Shown here in pieces: positions 56,301-64,000 of a stretch of 64,000 nucleotides of DNA. Under the pieces are notes generated by a model, which was given only the letters and a program-made list of their open reading frames with translations, searched no databases and was not told where the DNA came from. The DNA is from a virus (taxonomy: Duplodnaviria; Heunggongvirae; Uroviricota; Caudoviricetes), in IMG/VR virus record IMGVR_UViG_3300020429_000539, positions 300,263-364,262 of that record; one strand, written 5' to 3'. Position 1 is the stretch's first letter. The number at the start of each line of letters is the position of its first letter. Made by a program: the position numbers and the translations under genes.

Positions 56301-59300
56301 TTGGATGGTCAACTCCTGAGTTGATTGTCAGCGAAAACTTTGACGCCGGACATCCTGACATTGCTGTTGATAATGAAGGCACAGTTTATGTTGTTTTCCA
56401 GACATCTCGTAGCGATTTGACTGATATTGCTGCTATACAGCGAACCGAGTCTGGTTGGTCTGATGCTTATTTGATTAGCTCTAACATAGGCAAGTCAATG
56501 CGGCCCAAAATCGCCATTGATACTAACAATAGTGTTCATGTTGTATGGGAAGACTATCGTCTTGGGCAGCCCGAGATATACTATGCTCGCCGCAACAGCG
56601 CAAATGGTCAGTGGGAATCTGGAGCTTTTGGTCAAGGCGATACTCGGTTGAGCAGAAGCCCTGCCGGTGCTCGTCGTCCTTCTATCTGTACCCGTGGTCT
56701 CTCGGTATATGTTGCATGGACATCAGAAGAGATTAGCGGAAGGACATCGATAAAGGCTTGTTATCACACTGGCGGCGGTAACTTTACTACGGATATTGAA
56801 AATACGGATGATAGCACTCTAACAAACTGGGTTTCAAGCGCCCAGGGACAAACCGATTTTACGGTTAGCGCAGCTAATGCTAAAAATGCAGACCACGTAG
56901 ATATCACACGAGACGCAGCAGGCAGTATAGTCGCTGTTTGGGAACAGGTTGTTGACGGTGTTTATCAGGTCTTTGGTCGAATCTTGAACTCTAGACTATC
57001 TTTTGGTCGAGAAATCGTGCAAGTGACAACAGGTTTTAGGGACTGTAGATTCCCTGCTGCTGCTCTAGATCAGTCGGGCGGGTATGTGTATGTCGCCTTT
57101 GAAAAGGGTAGCTCTAATATCGCAGACCCTTACGACCCTTACGATGCAACTCTTGATGATCCTAGCTTTGGAGAAATTGATTACAGCATCAATGTAGTCC
57201 GATACAACTCGCTCGTGAGAGTATGGGAGGGTAGCAATACTTCTGGAACGGATACTCAAGGCAACTCTCTTGGCGGTTTTGATGTCCTTATAGAGGAAGG
57301 GGATAGGCGAACAGCCCGCCGCCCTGCTGTGGGGCCGAACATAGTTGATGGCCGCATGCATATCCTATATGAATCAGGCGATGTATCCACAAACAGAGTA
57401 GAAACTCTTAAGAACGATAGGTTGTTCTATAACGTCCGTGATGCAATCTATGATCTAACATGGTCTCCGGTCTTTACGCTTGGTCTGGATTCTTACGCGG
57501 ACGATGATATTCGTGTCAGTTCGGGCGAGTTGCGCAAAGAAATTAGGTTTGGAGATTTCTCTAACAACATCGGTACGCGAATGGTCGTTAACAAGATTCG
57601 TTACACTACAGCCAATGCTGTAGACCCATTCACTATTCGACTTATATCATCGGCTACTGTCAATATGCCACGAGCTAATGTTCTCTCTAGTGCTTCAAAT
57701 AATCGTGGAGATGCTTGGCTTGGAACAGATGATGGTTTGCTATATTTTAATCGTCGCAAGAATGAAGTGGTCTTGTTTGAAGATACAACCTATGGCGTTT
57801 CTGGTTTAGAGATACGAGATATACAGTTCGATGAACTTGCAAATATGTATGTTGCCACTAATGAAGGCGTGTTCGTTAGTCCAGACCAAGCCTACTTTTA
57901 CAAGTTTACAGGCGAAAATGTCCCAACATCTGCTACTAGTCTAGACCTAGATAGTAAGCGAAGGCTGTTTATAGGCTCTAGCTCTGGTCTTTCTATTATC
58001 GACACTGCTAGCCTTGTAGCGAATTTGCAGACAACTTCTGAAAATATTTCGGCTTCAAGAACAATTGAGGTGGCATCTGTTACAACAGTTACAACGACTG
58101 AGGGAATGCCAACGAATACAGTTACCAAAGTTCGCATCGATGCTAATGATGTAGTGTGGGTTGGAACTACGCAGGGTCTTGTTCGTTATAAGAATGGCGA
58201 TATTGCTGTATTCACGCAAGCTAACGGTCTTGTTTCAGACAAAATCAATGATATTGGTATCCGTGATACGGCACGTAGGTATCTTGCAACAAGTGCAGGT
58301 ATCAATAAAATGGTTGGCGTAGGCATCGAGAAGCTTGATTTTGGTAATATCAATGCTCCTCCTGCTTCTTTGACCGATATCCCTGCCGGCGATATTTCTA
58401 TACCTAAGTTTAACAATGTTGTTGGTATTCGCTGGCAGGAGCCAAACCATATTATTGCAACAACAATGCATGACCTGTATCAAATTACTTTTGTTGATGA
58501 GCCATTCGAGACTGAGCGTCCTCAGATAACAAAGTTTAGAAGCCAAGACTTTACCTTGGTAACTATCAATACAGAGCGTAACGATGACTTGCAGACCTTT
58601 AGGCTTATCGGTCTAGAGAATAGAGATATCTCTAAATCTTCGCTTTATGAAGTCATTCTCAATGGCAATAAGATTACTCGCGGATTCAAGTTCTCGCCGA
58701 ACTTCCGTTTGATTCGTTTTGAGTATCCGCTCAAGGAGAGCGACATTGTTCAAATCAACATACGCTTTGATGTTGAGATATTGAATAGATTCGAGCAGAA
58801 TCAGGCTGAGAAGCTTGCAGAAGGAACTCGTATCACGAATATCGAGAAGTTGTTATCTACAAATGGAAACATATACGCTCAAACGGGTGGAGATATCAAC
58901 ACGATTCAGATTAATGACGAAACAACCGATTTGCCGTTTGACCGAATCATTCTTGATACTGAGCCGCCAATCGGTCGTATTGAAATCAATGGACAGATAG
59001 ACCGAAGCACTCTTGATGTCCTCATCAAGCAGGTTCAATCGGGAGATGAATACTTGCCATTTGATGCTACTTCAGGTATTGACAAGTATATCGTATCAAA
59101 CTTTACAAACTTTACAACTGATGGCGAAACGCCGCAAACTCCACAGCCCTTTACGACACAGGTCAACCATCCTGTTGATGCTGTATTTGACCAGATTACA
59201 CAAGAATATACATTTTCAGGAACAGAAGGACGCAGGCTGCTTCTGTGGCAGGCACCGGGCGCAAATCCAGTTTTGGTCGCAGGAACGGCAAGTCCAGCAC

Positions 59301-61675
59301 GCATCTACATATATAATCCAATAACACGAGTATGGGACTTACGAGCTACGCTTGATGATGGAGATGCAGCAAGTTCAGTTGAGTTCTTGATTCAGTATCA
59401 GAATCAGATATTTGTGGGAACTGGCAATGCAGATGGATCAGGCAAGATTTATCGCTCCACTGACGGGCAAAACTTCAATCTATCTACTGTATTGCCTGTT
59501 AGCTACGCTTATTGCGCAGAAGTTCTAGACGGCGTTCTCTACATAGGTGCAGGAGAACCTGAAGGCATGCTCTTCTCGTATAATGGAACAGAATACTCTA
59601 CAGTCTTTCAGCGGGTTAGTGGTTCGATTTTGGATCTTGTAGGAGCCGATGGCGAGTTGTACGCCGGCACGGGAGATGAGGGTCGCATATACCGCCTTGA
59701 CCCCTCCAACTTGACTCAGCAGATTCTTCATACCGACCCTGACCCTCGTATTTTGAGCGTTGGCTTTGCAACTGTTAACGGCGCAAGTTTTGTCTTCTCA
59801 GGCTCATCAGAGTCAGCGCGCATCAAGCGTAGCAAGCTTCCTGACGGAGCATTTATCCATTCATTTAGGACAATCAATGCTCCCGTTTATTCGATGGAGA
59901 ATGTCAATGGTATTCTTTGGACATCAATAGGCAATACGCTGTTTGCATTGGAGAACGTATGGAATGCCAAGTATACGCATACAGAAGATATTCGAGACAT
60001 CTCTGTCGGTCCTGATGGGAATACTTGGTTTATTTCGGGAGGCTCTATTTTCAAGATTGGCGAAGGCACGGAGACTAAGCGAATCTACTTGAAGCTTTTT
60101 GACCGCGCAGGCAACGAGACAAATCTGTTTACGGATACCGCTCAGACTCAGCTTGATTCTAACTTGTTCGATGAGATTACGCTCGAAGAGCTTGTTGGCT
60201 TCAGCAACGCGAACCGTATTCTTGAGGTTGATGCGTTCGGTAATACTGTTTCTACTATCGATGGAGATGACCGCTTCTATTCTGCTGATAAGGTGGATGA
60301 GGAAGTCGGCGTATACATGAGCGAAATATTCAACGGAACTAATGGCCTCGTTTCTTGGGATACTATTAGTTGGGATGTTACGATTCCTTCTGGCACGAGC
60401 ATGGTCATACAGGTTCGAACTGGCAGCAGTAGAGACGACCTGCTTGAAGCCCCATTCGAAATCGAGTTTGACGGTTCTTCAGAGCGAGAAGACATATCGT
60501 TTGTCAATGGTCAGTATTTGCAGTTCAAAGTTATCATGCGTAGCCAGATTCGTGATCTTAGCCCATCGCTGAGAAACGTGGTGGTTGCATCCATAGCAAG
60601 CGAGTCTACGCACTTCTTCACAACTAACTTTGTCCTTCCGTCACGAATCAAGAGTGGTATATTGACAAGCACGAAGATGGTGCCTGTTGCTGCGGACATT
60701 GTATTTGGTATCAACGCAAACAACTCAGTAGACTTTGCCGAATACCAGATTATTGATGAAAACCGAATTTTCACCACTGATGATAAGCAAGTCGGTGAAA
60801 ACATACGAGTCGGCATTCGACTAATTACGCCGAACCGTGGCGAAACCATCGCTGATGAGTTCGGCGAATATGGCCCCTATGACTCTTTGCTATTCTTCAA
60901 CTCTTTGGATTGGGACTTCAGAAACACAAGCGGCTCGAATGACCTCTATCACTTCCGTGTAAGTTTCTATGAAGACATGGCGATGGAGAACCTTGTGTAT
61001 CAAGGCTACTCGGCCAACTCTCAGTCAGGCTGGAGCATCGATGGAGAGACCTTCCAGTCAACTGGCGCTCCCGTTGACTATAATGAGACGGTATCGCTAT
61101 CGTTTGTCCCTGTTGGAGATACGCCGATAGCATGCAACACCTATTACTGGGTCAAGATTGAGGCAGTGAATAGTCTAGATGAGTTTGAAACTATCCTTGA
61201 GCAAAGGAGTTTTATCGAGGCTTGTGGAACTACATTTGTAGACAGCATTGACTTCGACTTCACGAATGAAACTTCGAGTACGAAGTCATACCACTTCCGA
61301 GTTAGGTTCTTTACAGACCCAGAGCGGACAACGCTTTTGTCTACCGCATACAGCGGTAATGATACTAGCGGGTGGTATGTTAATGGTAACGAGGAGTTCC
61401 CTCTTAATGGTGCGGTTCTAGGAGCCAACCAGTCGGAAGATGTAACATTTAGACCAGACCTATCTTTGTTTACGCCAAGAACAACCTATTATTTGTCGAT
61501 TGACGTATTTGATGGGTCTAAGTTTACGAACCAGAGTAACTCCTTTACGTTCCGTGCAAGGGATATCGACTCGTCAATATATTGCGGTCCTTATGTCGAT
61601 GTTCCTGTTGTGAACAACTTCTCGATTATGTTCGAGCTTGAAGGAAATCAGTTTGTTACTCTCAAAGGTTCGTAA
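53366..61675 (+). CDS. Giant multidomain tail-tip protein with Ig/FN3 domains and several beta-propellers (2769 aa)
   Basis: Ig repeats (NIRWFRNG, QIVWYIND), HVVWEDYR blades, and Reg_prop-like blades (DAWLGTDDGL, VVWVGTTQGL, NGLVSDKINDI). Confidence 0.7.
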   Translation: MSVTIQNLKINGIEYNDSAPRVKLSKLTLNWEIDTSSISVVQNSYQVRIGTHTVNWGSDAYQPDIFNMPFVRTRSRYFSLPEKNLTRGALYFGQIRVRDTSGAESEWLRFRFRVNTLPFILDPTISPEEPGEGDDLQLTYTLPQQEANVNIRWFRNGVHYQQFDDYDKISREYIRYNDVWFAEIIPFNSLEKGGAVFTDSVTISKLPPSVSNLEVLPRTPNENDMLEASYSIIDQNTNQVLLDDRSQIVWYINDAAVDSANDAKFVRFNLRENDVVRFSVTPYDGVSFGTTQTSPSVTIQNSGFRVINVRIDGENHNLNVNSVNPTIQWDVLEPLGLVSQYAQISIGTAPGASNVYQTIVKTFDEQFSLPDNVVQRGVDYFVSVAASNSMDNFSEPSFGRFRVAGSLWDTSVSNSTGWTIEVAARVEGEGGYQRFSFADGKRFAELRMYPTELRLFLGGANTKSIPMDLLSMKNILIVGQGDTLKVFNQNTMIFDATDEFLAPASDRYIEIGSSANDDIIGHFKRIVYTVDGAFDPILSPSTYSQIEFEPFITFTGEAVTDITEHEGDILVSVNSRNPDQSGSIYRILETEEPALAATESVDKFEVDINSLSSSPNGNITIVGHNKGASLFENSFVNAFDVFTEFPIGRDPIRDLWENVGTTPFTAVSYGADGIIIDTTFSNQSRIDSRILITEQANVAAISFRDVVGINIFNFKIEVTSTQLKLSVGDSAPFFTTTLNKTLDELAVELRELDDLENNFFSQFYDITVTSGLETQFATNLNVISATEVFPEASLSGSYLAADPYSPDPYSSTAGGKWFYTHRKPGTAWVDKVDNTKGWTVDFDVRIDSIEDSDRPSDVSSPEGAGLYINDGKYYENIYFLPQEIVLGTSGTSFLIDTTELNRYRFVGKGDNLKVFAKRSSDPEYVELGEVVLDKVASNEGDAGRPSVYADNTGKAYAVWHDTGNAGKRQIYFSEYEVGVGWSTPELIVSENFDAGHPDIAVDNEGTVYVVFQTSRSDLTDIAAIQRTESGWSDAYLISSNIGKSMRPKIAIDTNNSVHVVWEDYRLGQPEIYYARRNSANGQWESGAFGQGDTRLSRSPAGARRPSICTRGLSVYVAWTSEEISGRTSIKACYHTGGGNFTTDIENTDDSTLTNWVSSAQGQTDFTVSAANAKNADHVDITRDAAGSIVAVWEQVVDGVYQVFGRILNSRLSFGREIVQVTTGFRDCRFPAAALDQSGGYVYVAFEKGSSNIADPYDPYDATLDDPSFGEIDYSINVVRYNSLVRVWEGSNTSGTDTQGNSLGGFDVLIEEGDRRTARRPAVGPNIVDGRMHILYESGDVSTNRVETLKNDRLFYNVRDAIYDLTWSPVFTLGLDSYADDDIRVSSGELRKEIRFGDFSNNIGTRMVVNKIRYTTANAVDPFTIRLISSATVNMPRANVLSSASNNRGDAWLGTDDGLLYFNRRKNEVVLFEDTTYGVSGLEIRDIQFDELANMYVATNEGVFVSPDQAYFYKFTGENVPTSATSLDLDSKRRLFIGSSSGLSIIDTASLVANLQTTSENISASRTIEVASVTTVTTTEGMPTNTVTKVRIDANDVVWVGTTQGLVRYKNGDIAVFTQANGLVSDKINDIGIRDTARRYLATSAGINKMVGVGIEKLDFGNINAPPASLTDIPAGDISIPKFNNVVGIRWQEPNHIIATTMHDLYQITFVDEPFETERPQITKFRSQDFTLVTINTERNDDLQTFRLIGLENRDISKSSLYEVILNGNKITRGFKFSPNFRLIRFEYPLKESDIVQINIRFDVEILNRFEQNQAEKLAEGTRITNIEKLLSTNGNIYAQTGGDINTIQINDETTDLPFDRIILDTEPPIGRIEINGQIDRSTLDVLIKQVQSGDEYLPFDATSGIDKYIVSNFTNFTTDGETPQTPQPFTTQVNHPVDAVFDQITQEYTFSGTEGRRLLLWQAPGANPVLVAGTASPARIYIYNPITRVWDLRATLDDGDAASSVEFLIQYQNQIFVGTGNADGSGKIYRSTDGQNFNLSTVLPVSYAYCAEVLDGVLYIGAGEPEGMLFSYNGTEYSTVFQRVSGSILDLVGADGELYAGTGDEGRIYRLDPSNLTQQILHTDPDPRILSVGFATVNGASFVFSGSSESARIKRSKLPDGAFIHSFRTINAPVYSMENVNGILWTSIGNTLFALENVWNAKYTHTEDIRDISVGPDGNTWFISGGSIFKIGEGTETKRIYLKLFDRAGNETNLFTDTAQTQLDSNLFDEITLEELVGFSNANRILEVDAFGNTVSTIDGDDRFYSADKVDEEVGVYMSEIFNGTNGLVSWDTISWDVTIPSGTSMVIQVRTGSSRDDLLEAPFEIEFDGSSEREDISFVNGQYLQFKVIMRSQIRDLSPSLRNVVVASIASESTHFFTTNFVLPSRIKSGILTSTKMVPVAADIVFGINANNSVDFAEYQIIDENRIFTTDDKQVGENIRVGIRLITPNRGETIADEFGEYGPYDSLLFFNSLDWDFRNTSGSNDLYHFRVSFYEDMAMENLVYQGYSANSQSGWSIDGETFQSTGAPVDYNETVSLSFVPVGDTPIACNTYYWVKIEAVNSLDEFETILEQRSFIEACGTTFVDSIDFDFTNETSSTKSYHFRVRFFTDPERTTLLSTAYSGNDTSGWYVNGNEEFPLNGAVLGANQSEDVTFRPDLSLFTPRTTYYLSIDVFDGSKFTNQSNSFTFRARDIDSSIYCGPYVDVPVVNNFSIMFELEGNQFVTLKGS

Positions 61676-61680
61676 GCTAA

Positions 61681-64000
61681 ATGCCTACTAAAACACCCAA
61701 TCTTGGTCTAGAAGCATTCGTCGCTGGCGACTTTTACTCTGCTGCTGTTGATAAGCGTAGGTTTACGACTATCGACAAGCATATGGCGTTCATCTCCGAC
61801 ATTATCGGAGCAGGATGCGTCAATGGATGGGTTATAACTCAGCCGAATCCGCCCGCGCTGAATATTGAGGTTTCAGCGGGTATGGGGATGATAGACAAGA
61901 ACATCACGAGGACATTCGGCGTCTACTCGAAAACAGTTCTCGATGATAACTTTGTCTATGTATGGATGAGGCGTCGTCCAGGTGTTATTGGCGAGTTTGG
62001 GGCCTTCGCAGACATGGTTAGCTATGACCATGACGACACATCGGGTCCGGCTTTGGCGAGCCAACTATCGGCTGAGGGAATAACTATTAGTTCTCTTAGA
62101 CTGACATGGGTTGCTTTGAGCGATTTTGATTTTGCCAAGTATCAAATACAGCGGAAACTTGGTTCGTCAGAATGGGTCACGATTGCAGAAATTGAAACAG
62201 CATCTACTTTTTCATATCTAGACTCATCCCTAGAAGATAATACGACGTATGGCTATCGATACAGGGCCATAGACAAGACAGGCAATGCGAGTAGCTGGTC
62301 AGATACGCTTGAAGTTACAACGTCTCCTGACTTGTCGCCGCCCTCCGACCCGACAAGCGTGGAGGTTATACCTGCTACAAATGCTATACATCTTAGGTGG
62401 CGTCCCGCTCCTATTGGAGATATTGATCAATACAAGATAGAAACCACTCCTGTCAGTTTAGAAAACAATCCTGTAGGCGATACTATCATCAATACAGTCA
62501 ATGGAGACCAACTGTATGAAACAGTTGGCGGACTAACAAATACACAGAAATACCGTCTTATCATAAAATCAGTAAGCGATACTGGCGTAGAGTCTCCTGG
62601 CATTGTTCTCTATGCAATTCCTGACCTTTTTCGGGGTCCAAAAGATGTAGAGTTTCTTGAGATAACCGACATTGAAAGCGATGGTATCGTATCCGATGTT
62701 ATTATGAGAATAGATTGGGAATCGGTAGATGACCCCTATGATAATAGTCCACCTGCTGCTTCTCATGAAATACGTCTAGAAGAGTTTGATCCAAGCAACA
62801 GTTCTTTGATTCAATCGATTTGGATTGAGGTTCCAGATGACAATTTCCGAGAGTTTAGAATATTCCAATACGTTAACTCAAACGGTCAAACCATTAGTAA
62901 GTCAATTACTCCAAGAACTCAATATTTCATTACAATACGAGCCATTGATGAGGACGGAAATAGAAGTGTTGGCAAAATTGCTACGCATACTACTCGCAGT
63001 TTTGAGCCTCCACGACCACCAAGTCGTTTTGATGTTGAACAGCAAGATGATCAGAGTCTCTTAGCTTCATGGTTCAACTCAACTTCTATTTTCACGAATA
63101 ACGTGATAACTGTTCAAATTACAGACATCGACAACCCAAGTTCGGTAGAGCTTGTAGAAGATGAAACCCGTATTGGTCGGGCAGATACATATATACTCAA
63201 TCAGAGCTATATCCGTCCAAATTCAATATATACTTTCTACCTATATTGCGAAGATGAGTTTGGCAATAAGAGTAATGAACTAGACCTCGAATTCATTATC
63301 TCCGACTTTGAAGACTTGCCAAGACCGGCTGCTCCTTCGCAGGTTATTGGCGTTGCAGGTAACAAATCAACCACGCTTACTTGGAATAAGCCCAATCTAT
63401 TGTTTATATCTAATTTCCGTATATACAGGGCTTCGGAACAGGTCGTGTATGAGGCGTCTGACTTCACTCGCGTAGAAACTGTTCCAGGCGATGTCTTTAC
63501 CTTTACTGATTATGAAGTAGAAAATGACACAAGCTATGTTTATTTTGTGACTACTCTTGATATTTATGGACGAGAGTCTTTGAATCCTATTGATGATGAT
63601 TTCTTTGATTATAAGCTTGCTTTTCTTACCCCGAGGGCTAGCGGAAATCTCGGCATACCAACTAACTTGACAGCTACTTTGGACGGAGATAGCACGGGAC
63701 TGGACTTATCTTGGGAACCAACCGGCGGTCAGTTTGATGGATATGAAATCTATAGGTCGTTCAATAACAAGTATTCGTTCACAAAGATTGATTCTGTGCC
63801 TCCATCAACAACTACATATAATGACAATGATGCGCTGATCCAAGATGGTATATATTACTACATGGTACGGCAGTTCCGTAATGAGGCAGACCTTTTTGTT
63901 ACGGAGAGTAACACAGCCGTAGCAGGCGGATTGTTTCTTGGAACTGTAGAGACAAGCGGTGGCGAAGCAACCATTGACCAAACTGGTTTGAGAAGAATCG
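61681..64000 (+). CDS. FN3-repeat tail protein, 3'-truncated by the window edge (not in the ORF track)
   Basis: The frame is open from MPTKTPNLGL to the window end. Tandem FN3 motifs (LTW...Y.Y..RAIDKTGNAS; PSDPTSV..LRW; LTWNKP..FRIYR). Confidence 0.85.
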   Translation, partial: MPTKTPNLGLEAFVAGDFYSAAVDKRRFTTIDKHMAFISDIIGAGCVNGWVITQPNPPALNIEVSAGMGMIDKNITRTFGVYSKTVLDDNFVYVWMRRRPGVIGEFGAFADMVSYDHDDTSGPALASQLSAEGITISSLRLTWVALSDFDFAKYQIQRKLGSSEWVTIAEIETASTFSYLDSSLEDNTTYGYRYRAIDKTGNASSWSDTLEVTTSPDLSPPSDPTSVEVIPATNAIHLRWRPAPIGDIDQYKIETTPVSLENNPVGDTIINTVNGDQLYETVGGLTNTQKYRLIIKSVSDTGVESPGIVLYAIPDLFRGPKDVEFLEITDIESDGIVSDVIMRIDWESVDDPYDNSPPAASHEIRLEEFDPSNSSLIQSIWIEVPDDNFREFRIFQYVNSNGQTISKSITPRTQYFITIRAIDEDGNRSVGKIATHTTRSFEPPRPPSRFDVEQQDDQSLLASWFNSTSIFTNNVITVQITDIDNPSSVELVEDETRIGRADTYILNQSYIRPNSIYTFYLYCEDEFGNKSNELDLEFIISDFEDLPRPAAPSQVIGVAGNKSTTLTWNKPNLLFISNFRIYRASEQVVYEASDFTRVETVPGDVFTFTDYEVENDTSYVYFVTTLDIYGRESLNPIDDDFFDYKLAFLTPRASGNLGIPTNLTATLDGDSTGLDLSWEPTGGQFDGYEIYRSFNNKYSFTKIDSVPPSTTTYNDNDALIQDGIYYYMVRQFRNEADLFVTESNTAVAGGLFLGTVETSGGEATIDQTGLRRI

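Noticed and set aside
1-64000. The many minus-strand and alternate-frame ORFs of 60-204 aa (e.g. 46696..47310, 16584..17102, 27212..27580)
   Set aside because: They are shadows of long, tightly coupled plus-strand genes, with no convincing RBS or protein motifs.
1-64000. CRISPR array, tRNA/rRNA, diversity-generating retroelement, intron/intein, transposase
   Set aside because: I saw no spaced repeats, cloverleafs, reverse transcriptase, or homing or splicing motifs by eye. Intergenic space is minimal. A covariance-model scan was not run.
1-64000. Stop-codon reassignment, as found in some huge phages
   Set aside because: TAA, TAG and TGA all terminate genes, and coding density is very high under the standard code.

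Overview
This window is a 64 kb, single-strand (+), tightly packed virion-morphogenesis region of a very large tailed bacteriophage (jumbo/huge-phage-like, standard genetic code). In order it contains: a truncated subtilisin-type protease; a chain of fibre/appendage genes; a PhoH island; a 897-aa putative internal head protein; a translationally coupled Zn-ribbon/adaptor/actin-like ATPase module next to a Mu gp36-like head-tail adaptor; neck genes; a degenerate GT-B glycosyltransferase; the tail tube; a tail assembly chaperone with a -1 frameshift plus a duplicated chaperone; an HK97-gp15-like membrane-protein moron; the tape measure; and about 35 kb of giant tail-tip genes (up to 2769 aa) with a second glycosyltransferase among them. 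No sheath gene is recognisable, so the tail is probably non-contractile. A recurring bipartite motif, AAGG-N18/19-GAA(n)TA, marks the likely late promoters. I saw no rRNA, tRNA, CRISPR array, integrase or transposase. The most interesting candidate system is the actin-like ATPase with its adaptor inside the head/neck cluster. All functional calls come from reading motifs and gene order by eye; no database searches were run.
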